A DNA stretch of 64,000 nucleotides from Octopus bimaculoides (Eukaryota): contig NC_068983.1 in assembly GCF_001194135.2 (NCBI RefSeq), positions 14,543,094 through 14,607,093 on the forward strand, in the 5' to 3' direction. Below, piece after piece: positions 12,770 to 25,836 of this stretch (within the stretch, counting starts at the first letter, position 1; every line of letters starts with the position of its first letter). The position numbers and the translations under genes were made by a program. Below the pieces are notes generated by a model, which was given only the letters and a program-made list of their open reading frames with translations, was not told the origin of the DNA and ran no database searches.

Positions 12770-12942
12770 CTTTTACTTATTTCAGTCATTGGACTGTGGC
12801 CATGCTGAGGCACCGATTCGAAGGGCTAAATCGAACACATCGAAACCAGTACTTAGTTATTCCAAGCTTAGTATGTCTTTTATCAGTGTCTTTTGCTGAA
12901 TATCTAAGTAACGTAGTCGGAAACAAACCAACATGTGTGGTC

Positions 12943-12995
<53 letters not shown>

Positions 12996-13110
12996 TTTAC
13001 ATGTGGCGGACTTCTAGTTTCTGCCATTCAAACTCACTCACAACACTTCAGTTCATCCAACGTGCTGTGTAATACGGCTGAATCGAAGAAAGTGTCTTAT
13101 CCACACGGGT
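12770..13110 (-). mobile_element. Family C SINE (internal-microsatellite type), degenerate
   Basis: ttcagtcattggactgtggccatgctgaggcacc 3' end, internal (CA)n, decayed head. Confidence 0.75.
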
Positions 13111-13559
13111 ACATCTGACCCTAATAAACTGAAGGCTTCGCATCGAGCACGAACTCATAACTTATGTAACCTTAACAAGAACGTTAATCATTATACCAAC
13201 GCAATACTTATAACAAACTCTTATATCTACCTGGCCACTGACGCATGATGAGTAGTATTAGTCTGAAAAAGTTTAATGCTATTAAATACAAATCATATCA
13301 GACATTTAGATATTTGATTAATAATTCAACTCAAATTTAAATAATAGATTTATTCAAATTATCTAAGAACTTAAGATAAATACAAACTTTTAATTTCATA
13401 ATTAAAATATTCTATTTACTCTTTATCTATTTATTATATAACATCAATTATTTAGTTTTTATTGCCATGTAGGTTATATCATGCAATTTGTTAACAATAG
13501 CGTCGTTTAATAATGCATAACTGTGAGCAAATAGTACTGTGTCACAAATATGCAGCGAA

Positions 13560-14900
13560 TGAGTATATAGTTCAGTTTTCCTACAATTTCACTGATGTTA
13601 TTAAAGTAATCTCCAAACACACAGATGCAAAACAAAGATGATATATGGATGTGCTATGAATGCACAATTAGGCGAAACAATGTTAAGGGACCAATCTTTT
13701 ATCAATTTACCAGTGGAAATGGCAAATGTCTCTTAGACTTCCAAACGTCAAATGACATGATCAATCTGATTATACAATACACAAAGAGAATAGGTAGGTT
13801 GTGAATGTTTACGTCCCCAAATAACAGTGATGCACAACCTGATCACAGCATAATAAAAATGAAAATTGAATAACAATCCTTTGAGCTACGAATCCTACTG
13901 TCAATTCTTACCATCAAATGTGACAGGAATATTCAAGCAAAGTTTGAGAGTAAATAAGGATTTACGTAAATATAGACTGGAAAGAAAGCACAAACGCAGT
14001 TGCAAAATATTTTAGATGATATCAAAAATGTCAATTCTTTTAACAATACAATCATACAAATACAAGGAATTGAAGTAGAAGCAAATATTTCAAACGGAGG
14101 AAGGAAACAACAGATATACCCTATGGGAAATAGCGAAGATAAGTACGAAAAGAAGGACTGTAAACATTTAAAATAAAGAACATGTAAAATGAGTTAACTC
14201 ATTAGAATTAATAAAGCGGTATTGCAAAATGCAAGACAATAAATAACGCGATGAAATCTTAACACAGATACTTGGTTCTAATTTTCACGATAAAATATGT
14301 AATCCAAATTGCTTGAGAAAACCAGTAACTTTCACATGGGAGAAACAGAAGGAAGAAATAAGGCCAAAATGTAAACATTCGTGAGAACCGAATTAAAAAA
14401 AACATGTCTACACGGACAGTTACCAAACATAGACCAAGCTATCATTAATGTTGTGGAATAAAAAAAAATCCTTACCTGTAGTTACAAACGACTTGACTAA
14501 AAACCTAAAGAATTGTATCAGGTTCTTTCCAAATGGCAAAAGAAGTCTTGACAATATATTAATAAAGATATGGAAATCATGAATGCTCTTAGATCATGTA
14601 CTTGAAGTGCATAATAAACCTTGCTCCTTGCAGCAACATTTACCGAATACAATATATGGAAATGTATTATTAGCAGAAACCACCGAACAATGGAGAGCTA
14701 TGTTTCTGGGGGGACTCTTAATAAAAAAAAGTGTTGTCAACAATTCTGTAATAATCGGTGCATGATAATACACGAGGGGAAACTTGTCGAACGTTGTAAT
14801 GAAGGTCACATTTCAGTGTAACGTGAGTGTACTTCACATAACAACGACTACATCTACTGATTTATACGACACGGTCTTATAGGAAATTCCGTATATTAGT
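13560..14900 (+). pseudogene. Heavily decayed RTE-like LINE: AP endonuclease and start of reverse transcriptase
   Basis: NGKCLLDFQTSNDMINL...YTKRIGRL*MFTSPNNSDAQPDHSII (13720-13860) resembles APE C-terminal motifs; the A-rich downstream sequence resembles the RT N-terminus; many stops. Confidence 0.65.
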
Positions 14901-16457
14901 GGCTGTCGAAACCGAAATGTTGTGTACAGCCAAGTCAATCCATAACCAACGAGATTTAAACGCTATTCCGAAAAGCAGCTCAGTTAGGAAAACTCTATAA
15001 TACATTTGAGTATTGCGTATCCATGAGTTAAATTATCCGAAACTGTTTGAACATAAATGCTTAGCAATTATATATATTTAGCAGGGCGAAACACAGATAC
15101 AAACACGCCTACACATATACGCATAAGTGTATGTATGTATGTATGCATGTATGTATGTATGTATGCATGTGTATATATGTATGTCTGTGTATAATATATA
15201 TCTATGCATGCATGTATGTATGAATGTCTGTGTGTATGTATGTATGTATGCATTCATGTATAAGCACACGCGCTCAGGCTCACACACAGTGGGCTGCAAC
15301 TATATCTCCGTCTACCAAATTCTGATAAGAATGCCTTAATCAGCTGGATGCACTGCAGATGACTGGATGCACTGCCCATTGAGCTGTGCAATGCAATGGA
15401 ATCCGGAAAATTATTCAATACAGAAAGTGTTAACCATGGAGGGATGTGTACATGTATATTTCTACAGTTTATTGAACTTTGGGTTTAAGAGACTTGCAGC
15501 AAAATCATGATGAACTTTGCCGTATAGAAACTGTCAGCGAAGTTAAAATGCTACATGTACCCACATGAATGCCAAGTATTTCAAGCATCAGAATTTTACT
15601 GTAATAAAATTTTTATTCTTTTCGTCAGAGGTTTTGTCTTTTCCTATGTATGCGTGTGCTAAAGTTATGTATTAGAAATTGAAGAAAGTACAGCACCCAA
15701 GACATTTTTCAGGGTGTCCGGGAATCTTGGAAGGAAGAGAGAAATTTAAACTCAGTTGGGAGGATAAGATACGATATTAATGTTCTTTTCTGTTTGAAAA
15801 TAATTTCGTCCTTCCTCCATTAGTTTATATAAATCCAGATATCAATAACAAAAAACCTAATGCTTGCAAGAGAGTAGACTCTGCTAATGTACTAATGCGC
15901 TCATGTGATATGTAGGGATGCTAGCCCGGATAAATCTATCAGCAAAGTTCTGAGGTTGTCCCTTAGACTATTTTTTATACACTTTATATTTATCAAATTT
16001 CACACACACAACTTTGGTCGATAGAAAGCGGCTGCACAAGACCTAAATCTAAGGTGCTGCGCAGTGTGATCGTACCTGATACCATGGAGTTGCGTAGTGA
16101 ACATGTTAATCACGTGGCCAGACATGTGTTTGTGTGTGTGAGTGTGTGTGTGTAATGAGCAAATGATAAATAGGTTTTTAATTTCACTCATGAATGCATG
16201 AGTGTGATAATAAATTGCTTGGCCCTTTGTGGTCAGAGCATTCCATCAACAGTTATCCGCTTTACTAACTTCAAAGGAGCAATACATGGCGTTTAAAGCT
16301 ACGTCCTTTGATGAAAATCTCTATGAAAACTATTTGTAGTCTGTCTTCATAACATTCTCATATAAATGTGTGCAGCTAGAAAGTTTAGATTTCGGCTGTT
16401 ATAGTTGTTGCCTTCGTTCAGATATGCTGCATATACATACATAAACACATACATACA

Positions 16458-16488
<31 letters not shown>

Positions 16489-18034
16489 GTGTGTGTGCGT
16501 ATACATATATGTATATATATATACACTATATGCATGTTTCTTAATAAGAGATTATGTTAATCATGTAATTTTACTAACAACATTATTAATTTACCCATTG
16601 AGCATCGAATTCCTGGTGGAAAAGATGTTTAGCATCAAAATGAGCAATGTAATAAATAAGTAACATGGTACTTTTTGATCGAAAAAGAATAACCATCCCC
16701 GACTGAATATACGCGGGTAGATTTGTATTCAATGTACCCAAACAATTCAGTGCTTTTAGATAGCTTTCTTAAGAGAACCCCAGTCCTCTGCCCAATTGTC
16801 TTCGTACTCTAATCTTTAAGCTATATCATATATATGAGTTTGTGCTCAGGTTACATTAAAATTTATAACGCTCTTACGATTATATTCCATAAGTATACAC
16901 AACCTAATAATTAGAGTGTCAATTTACTTCCTGTTCTAACATTCTACAATGGTGTTATATAGAAACATGGGTACTACAATTAATAACGATTGTTAAGAAG
17001 GTCCTTCTAATAACGATATATTATAATACTAGTAATAACGACGTCTAAGAAGGTAAGAAACTTTCAGAGTTATTTCCCTTGCACGTTCAGTCAAAGAATG
17101 ATATAAGCTTACATTTACTGCTCTTTTGTATTCTCTGCATTTATTCAATTATGATTAAATCTTGTGTTGAAAATTAAAATAATTAATCCCATCCTTGTAT
17201 ATCTTTTATACCTTCGACAAGATCAAATACAGCGGGCTTTTATGAGTCAAATAAATATTACTATGCATTTGAACTAGCAAATGTAGTTACTAATCAAACG
17301 AAAGCGTTTCGGCCACACACTCATACATATACACCTGTTCACTCAAACTCGCATTGCCACAGATATGCGAACATGCGCACACATAATTGCCTATACCAGT
17401 AAGTCTTTGGCTCTCACAATAAACGAAGCTGAATAAAGGAATATCTGACTGAGTATTCATTAATTCTGCCAAAAACATTCATACATGCAAAGTTCAATAG
17501 AAGCCAAAATGATTCGGAAATAGACATGGTTTGTCTGTAGTTCCTCTTACTATTTCTCTTTATCTGTACCAAACTTATTAACTTCCATCGATATACCACA
17601 TTCACATGTTCAAATAAAAATCTCGACTTCAAAAGGAAAGGGATGTCATTTCACTCCAAGAAAACATTCAACCGAACCATCAGAAATCCTGTTGTGGGTG
17701 AATAATCAATTAACAGGCATGATCTACGTTTAAGGATCTGAACATGATTCAAAAGACTGTTTGTTTTTGCTTATCGTATATGATTATATGAATGGGAATA
17801 TGGGCATGAATGTTTCTATGTGTGTGTGTTTTTGTTTGTGTACACGTTATGTATAATATGCATATAAATATACATGTATTTATACAAATGTACATACACA
17901 TGTGCATATGTACTGATACATATGTACACACCTGTATGTGTGTGCGTGTGCGCGTTTATGTTCCTGTCTTCATGCATAGAGCACACACATGTATACAAAT
18001 AGTTCATGTATGTATATGTATGCATGAATATATG

Positions 18035-18091
<57 letters not shown>

Positions 18092-19347
18092 TCTATACTC
18101 ACTCCCATCGTTCTGTATCTATCTGCTTCTTTTAGCTGTTTAGCTATGTATGTATATGTATATATGTGTTTATATTTATGTACACAATTCAAACCTACCT
18201 TCGTCAACTACCTACATAGGTGCACACGCATATACATAATATGTACGTTAAAATATACATCAATACAAATATGCATTTATATTTCATAAGAACATGATGC
18301 TTCATTTGTATAAATACATGTTTACCTTTTGAGACCTATGGGTTTTTGTAACTATGTTGCTGTCTGTGAATATACATTTACATTATATGTGAGATACGAG
18401 TCTAAGCTTTTGTGCGTATGAGCGTGTGTCTAAAAGTAATGAAAGACCGAGGGAACGGGAGGAGAAGGAGATAGTCAAATGGAGATAGATAGACAGAGAA
18501 AGGGAGTGATAGGGAGAGAGGAAGATAGAAAGAGAGAGATAGGGATAGTGTGTGTTTCTTTTCAAACGTACACCTTTTATTGATTGAAATATCAAAAGAA
18601 AATTATTGCATGACAAGTTACCATCAACAAACTTCATCAATGCACACTGCCATAGATATTTCTCATTCATGTCATTTATGCAAAGATGTCGCCTTTGTAC
18701 TAAACCAACTCGCCAGATGAAGTGGTAATATCTGAGAGTTATCGAACACCTGATCATAGGATAAGACTGGCTTTCTATGAAGTGAGGTCTTGATGTATTT
18801 ACGCACCGTATGATTATCGAATAATACCTCTTTATTGCTTTATTCATCATACAAAATCTATTAATGGGGAAACTATGAGTAATTATGGAAATGGAATTGC
18901 TTTGTGGTATTTGTATATATTTCAATGTTTTTGTTTCTTTGTTTTTGTAGATAATCTCATTACTATGAATAATTGAAGAGCTTATCCATTTTATATTATC
19001 AATAACATCTCTTTGTATTTATAACTACATTCATTATTATATAACTATATACTATAGTGTGCAACTATGTGTTAGAAGTAAGCTGTCGGCAAGCCCATTG
19101 CACACAGCACCAGTCGGCGACCTATATCCGCGCCTCAGATTCCGCGAATGTATTTCGATTCCAGGTTGTTGCGGTATTTAAGTAACAATAGAAAATAAGA
19201 ATATCAAATTATATTGATGCGGCTCCTTGACAAATCTGAACTCATTGGTTTCAGAGAAATTAAATTCATAAATAAAATATAATTTCAATTTAATATCAGT
19301 AGCTGGTATCGCTATGTGGTTAAGGAGGTTATAGGTGCAGGTATCTG

Positions 19348-19730
19348 TGGAGACGCAATGGCCCAGTGGATAGGGCAGCGGAGTCGCGGTTATAGGATCG
19401 CGGTTTCGATTCCCAGACCGGGCGTTGTGAGTGTTTGTTGAGCGAAAACACCTAAAGCTCCACGAGGCTCCGGCAGGGGATGGTGGTGAAGCCTGCTGTA
19501 CTCTTCCACCACAACTTTCTCTCACTCTTACTTCCTGTTTCTGTTGTGCCTGTAATTCAAAGGGTCAGCCTTGTCACACTGTGTCACGCTGAATATCCCC
19601 GAGAACTACGTTAAGGGTACACGTGTCTGTGGAGTGCTCAGCCACTTGCACGTTAATTTCACGAGCAGGCTGTTCCGCTGATCGGATCAACTGGAACCCT
19701 CGACGTCGTAAGCGACGGAGTGCCAACAAC
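19348..19730 (+). mobile_element. tRNA-derived SINE family B (about 385 bp, (AAC)n tail) with 12-bp TSD
   Basis: A box tggcccagtgg, B box ggtttcgattcc. TSD agg(t/c)gcaggtat at 19333-19344 and 19731-19742. Three more full copies in the window. Confidence 0.95.
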
Positions 19731-19994
19731 AGGCGCAGGTATGACTTTGTGTTTAAAAAGCTTCCTTTGCAGCTGCGAGGTTTCGGGTTTAGTATCACTG
19801 CATGGCAATTTAGGCAAGTGGCTTCTACTGTACATCCAAGCCGACCAATGCCTTCCTAGTGGATTTGCTAGGGGGAAACTCTGTGGAAGCCAATTTTTAC
19901 TTTTACTGTTTACTTTTCGATTATTAAACATATGTGTTTGTGTATGTGCGTATACATATGTATGCGTGTTTGTATATGTTTGTGTGTGTGTATG

Positions 19995-20025
<31 letters not shown>

Positions 20026-20270
20026 TGTGCGATGTTGTGATTGTGCTTGGGCTTCTTCCTGCCAATGCTTGACAACCAGTGTTGCTTTGTTTACGTTCCA
20101 GTAATTCAGCAGTTTTGTAAGCAAAACCGATAGGGTATATAACAGTCGTGAAAATAAGAACACTAGAGTCGATTTGTTCGATTATACGTTCAGGAAAGTG
20201 CCTCGATACAGCTGTACGGCGAGGATTGGAACCAGCAAAAAAAAGAAAGAAAGGAAGAAACAAAAGTAGA
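19731..20270 (+). mobile_element. Family C SINE, diverged, with internal (TG)n
   Basis: Head aggcgcagg...ttaggcaagtggcttctac, internal TG/TA microsatellite, 3' part gcttgacaaccagtgttg... Confidence 0.75.
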
Positions 20271-21656
20271 AAACGGAAAAGTAAACACTTGAATACTTTG
20301 AATACTAATCGGAATCCTCCTACTATTTTGACTGATCAGATAGAAATTATGGTGAAATATCTTTCAAATCCTCTACAAGCATCTTTAATAACTATGGGGA
20401 TATATCTCAGCACATACACACACGCGCGTGCACGCACACACACATAGACACACACGTACACAGATATACACACACACATACATGCGCGAACACATGCACA
20501 CATGCACGCACATTTGAGACTTAAGATAAGACTTCCATATTGTTACTGTTCCGCTCACAGATTTCACTTAAGGAAACACATATATATGACTGTATATATT
20601 ATATATATATATATATATATNNNNNNNNNNNNNNNNNNNNNNNNNNNNNNNNNNNNNNNNNNNNNNNNNNNNNNNNNNNNNNNNNNNNNNNNNNNNNNNN
20701 NNNNNNNNNNNNNNNNNNNNNNNNNNNNNNNNNNNNNNNNNNNNNNNNNNNNNNNNNNNNNNNNNNNNNNNNNNNNNNNNNNNNNNNNNNNNNNNNNNNN
20801 NNNNNNNNNNNNNNNNNNNNNNNNNNNNNNNNNNNNNNNNNNNNNNNNNNNNNNNNNNNNNNNNNNNNNNNNNNNNNNNNNNNNNNNNNNNNNNNNNNNN
20901 NNNNNNNNNNNNNNNNNNNNNNNNNNNNNNNNNNNNNNNNNNNNNNNNNNNNNNNNNNNNNNNNNNNNNNNNNNNNNNNNNNNNNNNNNNNNNNNNNNNN
21001 NNNNNNNNNNNNNNNNNNNNNNNNNNNNNNNNNNNNNNNNNNNNNNNNNNNNNNNNNNNNNNNNNNNNNNNNNNNNNNNNNNNNNNNNNNNNNNNNNNNN
21101 NNNNNNNNNNNNNNNNNNNNNNNNNNNNNNNNNNNNNNNNNNNNNNNNNNNNNNNNNNNNNNNNNNNNNNNNNNNNNNNNNNNNNNNNNNNNNNNNNNNN
21201 NNNNNNNNNNNNNNNNNNNNNNNNNNNNNNNNNNNNNNNNNNNNNNNNNNNNNNNNNNNNNNNNNNNNNNNNNNNNNNNNNNNNNNNNNNNNNNNNNNNN
21301 NNNNNNNNNNNNNNNNNNNNNNNNNNNNNNNNNNNNNNNNNNNNNNNNNNNNNNNNNNNNNNNNNNNNNNNNNNNNNNNNNNNNNNNNNNNNNNNNNNNN
21401 NNNNNNNNNNNNNNNNNNNNNNNNNNNNNNNNNNNNNNNNNNNNNNNNNNNNNNNNNNNNNNNNNNNNNNNNNNNNNNNNNNNNNNNNNNNNNNNNNNNN
21501 NNNNNNNNNNNNNNATATATATATATATACATACATAGAGTGCGGTGAATAAATTGTTTTCTAAATTACACGAAAGTAAAAATAACACTGACATCTCATT
21601 TTAACAGATAATATTTAGCAAAATTATATCAAAATATCTTGAAATATTAAAGAGGA

Positions 21657-21870
21657 ACTACGGAGATGTTCTTGCATAGCAAGTGACCTAATCTGAGATC
21701 GTGTGCTAGAACGAAAACAATTGCAGCATGGAAGGTGTTTATAAGCCATTTAAGAAACACAAAAACCGTTAGATTCACTTCAGCATTTAAATTCAAGTTG
21801 CCAAAATATTTTCGTCGCTTTGAGACCGCGACCTGTTCACTGAAAAAGTTCCGTGCAGCATAAAGAGGAA
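21657..21870 (-). mobile_element. Structured dispersed repeat carrying a hammerhead-like motif (copy 2; copy 1 at 47100-47315)
   Basis: Reverse complement aligns along about 210 bp with 47100-47315. Confidence 0.85.
21798..21846 (-). ncRNA. Candidate minimal type-I hammerhead ribozyme, G3:C8 core variant
   Basis: Minus strand: UUUUCA-GUGAACA-G-GUCGC-ggucucaaa-GCGAC-GAA-AAUAUU-U-UGGCAA = stem I (imperfect), core, perfect 5-bp stem II, GAA, palindromic stem III, UUU triplet, stem I'. Confidence 0.55.
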
Positions 21871-22785
21871 GATTATTCAATAAAATCACCATTGGCTTTA
21901 ACCACAGACGATATTGGAATCTCCTGCAACTTTTCTGGACTTAGATCAAAATTTGGATCTTGCGCTTGAAAAATGATACTCGTAATACTGGGGGTGTCTT
22001 AAAGCAGGTTCTCGTAAAGTGAGGTAATGCTGTATACCATTTTGGTCTAGTCAGTCTTTTGATTCGACTCCGAGTACAAACAATCTTCAGGTAAGGTATG
22101 GCATAATTTGTTTGAAGATTCCGTGCACCAACAAGTGCACACGGTGGAACAAAGACTGCATCGACCAAAATGAAATATATAATTAATCACTACTATGGTA
22201 TTAAAATTAAGTATTATCTTTTTCCCGACAAGTAACTCTAAATGGAAATGTATGGAANNNNNNNNNNNNNNNNNNNNNNNNNNNNNNNNNNNNNNNNNNN
22301 NNNNNNNNNNNNNNNNNNNNNNNNNNNNNNNNNNNNNNNNNNNNNNNNNNNNNNNNNNNNNNNNNNNNNNNNNNNNNNNNNNNNNNNNNNNNNNNNNNNN
22401 NNNNNNNNNNNNNNNNNNNNNNNNNNNNNNNNNNNNNNNNNNNNNNNNNNNNNNNNNNNNNNNNNNNNNNNNNNNNNNNNNNNNNNNNNNNNNNNNNNNN
22501 NNNNNNNNNNNNNNNNNNCAAATGACAAATAGACTTGCAGACAGGCAGAAAGATAGATAGATAGATAGATAGATAATTTTATTTCGTCTTTAACGACTAT
22601 TAAACCAGTGAAGCCTTATATCAATACAAGGTGCGATTATAGTTTAAAATTTGAGATTCCGTAAGCTATTAAAAGGAGAAACTTTAAGTCTCAATCTTAC
22701 GTCAAATCATTATTATAAGTAATATTTCGCTACTAAACCGTGAGTTAATGTTTTTTTTTTGTTTTCTATAAGTAAAATGAATACA

Positions 22786-22833
<48 letters not shown>

Positions 22834-22879
22834 GATACAAGGAGCCGTGGGTAAATTGTTGCTATTTATTATTTTTGAT

Positions 22880-23095
22880 TTCGTGCATGCGCATTGTTTG
22901 TTTTTGGATTTTGTCGACCACACTCTATAGGACGGTAAGTTGGGCATTGTCTTTGAGAAAGAAGCAGCATGATGACGCAATTGTCTCTGTCAGAAATTTG
23001 GAAACGAGATGCTGTACTTCTTGGCATGCGCGTAGTTTTAATTTCTTTTTAATATTATCAACTGCTGGCGAATGTAACTGCGCTTGCGCGGTGGA
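22880..23095 (+). promoter_or_regulatory. Promoter-like CpG-enriched motif cluster with a strong 5' splice donor
   Basis: Three NRF1-like GCGCATGCGC variants (22883-22893, 23023-23032, 23079-23090), ATGACGCAAT bZIP site (22972-22981), donor ACG|gtaagt at 22935. Confidence 0.35.
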
Positions 23096-23519
23096 TTTGA
23101 AAATTATAATGTGTAAGTATGTAGCACGTGTATTTTCGATGCTATTTGCTGCATAAATATGCATTAATTTTAGCTACCTCACTGAAAAAGTACGAATGGC
23201 AAATTAATTTATTTCAACATTTATGCAGAAACTCGAGCCTGAGGGTAACTACAAAAATATCCAAATTTCCATTCCGTTTGAAATTGCTCTTATTCGTGGT
23301 TTGGGCTTTCAATGCCCTTTCTAGCATGTAAGGTGTTCTGTTAAATGTCACCTCTTTTGTGCATAAATACGTAAATTATTTGTACACTATTGAAATTTAT
23401 AGAAAAACAAGAGACAAAGATAGTTGTATGAAACACGGAAGTGTATTAGTTTGACAATCGGGAAAAATGGAAGTCTTCTACGTTTCCAGCCTACTCTCTT
23501 CTACATTCCGTGTTGAATT

Positions 23520-23930
23520 ACGTTTTGTGTTCAATTTCAGCCGAGGTCGACTTTGCCTTTTATGCTTTCGAGGGTCGATAGAATACGAACCAGTCGAACA
23601 ATGAAGTCGATATAAAGTATATCACGCACGCACTCACACACACACACACGCACACACACACACACACACACGCACATGCATGTGTACGTGTGTGTGTGTG
23701 TGTGTACGCCCGTGTGTGTGTGTTTGTGTTTTATTTGTCCCCCACCATCGATTGATAAGTGGTGTTTGTTTGTTTACGTCTTTGTAAGTTTGCAGTTCGG
23801 TACAAGACGCCGATAGAAAAAGTATCAGGCTTCTCAAAAATATGAGTACTGGAGGTCGATTCATTCCACAAAAATTCTTCAAGGTGATGCCCTAGCATGA
23901 CCGCAGTCTAATAACTGAAACAAGGAAAGG
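23520..23930 (+). mobile_element. Family A SINE fragment (23520-23615), CA/TG microsatellite, and 3' half of a family C SINE (23700-23930)
   Basis: gccgaggtcgactttgcctttt...; tttgtcccccaccatcg...catgaccgcagtctaataactgaaacaag. Confidence 0.75.
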
Positions 23931-24411
23931 ATACATTCATGCTATACCTTATACTGAAATTTCTTTTACGAGTCTTTTTTCTTCAAGTCAAACGTTTCTG
24001 TTATAAACGTGAACAACGATAATTAATTATTAATGGCCAATACTATAATCATTTATCTTTATAATTAATGCCGCTTGATTGTTGTGGTAATATTTGTGTT
24101 AGTGTCTCTCTATGTTTGGCATCGTGTTTAGAAATTCCTCTCATGTTTCTTTTCATGAGTTACTATTATATAGAGAGAAAACCACTTTTTTTATGAGCCT
24201 CACCTAATTAAACAAGGAGTGATCTGTCATTTTTTTTTATTATTCCAAGCTTACTTCAATTACAAAAAAAATGGGATATTCATCTCAATGGCGTTCTAAA
24301 ATCTCTACAGACACTTTGTTCTATGAAATATCATTTTTCTTCTATGGCAGTTTAATCTGATTTTTTCCCCGAGCAGAGCTCACAATCCTTCCTTACTAGT
24401 ATCGCTCCCCA

Positions 24412-24512
<101 letters not shown>

Positions 24513-25630
24513 GCAGGAAACAAAAGTATCGGTTCGCTGGAAGCCTATAACAAATGACTGAAATGTTTACCTGTTGCCAGGTAAAACAAATATATAAAAT
24601 ATTTAAATAAAAAGGACTTTATATCATTTGGCATTTCAAGTATCAGATTAACGATTAAGCAGTTGAACAAATATTTTCACCCATAATTACAATGGCTAGA
24701 GTTGCTGCTTTTGTAATTAATGCTTGTATTGTTCTGTTATTGTATCTTTTCATAGCACCTGTTGCTTCTGTCTGTTCTTTTTTTTAATTTTTCGCGACAT
24801 CTTTGCTGTGGCTACATTTCTGGCTGGAGTTGCTACTCTAAATGAGGGTTTTTACTATTGCTATTATATTGGTGTTAACTACTTTAGCACACTTCCTGAT
24901 TCAGCAGCTCAGGTATCATGGTGTTTCCCCACCGTTCTTCTGTATCTTCGAAATTCTTTTAAATCAGCCATGTTTATCGATATTGTGCTTTACGTAATGT
25001 ATTGATATATATATAAAAAGATCTTCCTTAAAATAGACATGAAATGAATGTCGTTTACCATTCAATGTCCCTTAGCATTTTGCCCAGAGCAGTAACTACT
25101 TTTTCATATCGCCGCTTTTACACTATTCAGATCAATTTACCATTCAGTTTTCTCTAACCTTCCATACCAAAGCGTAATCCATATGTAGTGTAGATTTTTC
25201 ACACCAGATCTGCCTCAAGTAGATTTACATAGACAACGAAAATATTCTCCTATACATCCATACATATCTCGTCTCCTTCTAGCCTCCAACCTCGACACAT
25301 TCTACTCTCCGTTGTCTAGTAATATAAGATATTCACTATACATATGTAGAAAGCATTATTGCAAGCCACCCTCAGAACATGGTGAGCTCATAATTAGAAC
25401 CCTCAATGTCGGTACATATGCTGGGAATAATCACCTCTGGAGATAATTTCTGACAGACATATTCATATGACAATGACTGCTTTACAGTTTCCTCTTATTC
25501 ATGTCTACAAAATACTTCAGTCTTCGTCACCCGCTAATTCTAAACAAAGGCTAATTCGTGCTCTTATACATACAAATCATGTACCATATCAAAAATATGG
25601 CATTTGATAGATTTATTTAAAGATACTCAC

Positions 25631-25836
25631 AAACTCCAATCTCTGGTCACAAGAGGTACTGCTTCGCCTTTTCTTCATGCTTCTTTCACCCAAACGATTG
25701 TAGACTTTGCTCCTCGAAAATGTCTGGAGCGGTGCAATCTCTAAAACAGCGCGAATGCATCTACATAGTTTCTGATTGTTCAGGTGAATGTTTTCCTGGA
25801 GTGAAATGATACGCATATACACAAGACCAACATATG
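25631..25836 (-). other. Candidate spliced exon (206 bp), product unknown
   Basis: Acceptor tttaataactacttttgcag, donor TTT|gtgagt, one frame open end to end (YVGLVYMRIISLQENIHLNNQKLCRC...DQRLEF); no family recognised. Confidence 0.35.

Noticed and set aside
18383-18925. 180-aa minus-strand ORF, the longest without Ns
   Set aside because: No recognisable motif, and it runs into a GA-rich low-complexity tract; compatible with chance
19348-19420. tRNA-like cloverleaf heads (also at 26738, 32229, 54305, 57840)
   Set aside because: They are SINE heads with A/B boxes, lacking a paired acceptor stem and continuing into SINE bodies; not tRNA genes
20502-21594. Longest ORFs in the track (320-390 aa, also at 36704-37898 and other gaps)
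   Set aside because: They consist of X residues from N gaps plus microsatellite translation
24842-24911. Signal-peptide-like MRVFTIAIILVLTTLAHF followed by a donor, spliceable to 25704
   Set aside because: The hydrophobic run is probably the antisense of A-rich, decayed LINE-like sequence; the splice is speculative and conflicts with the better minus-strand exon at 25631-25836
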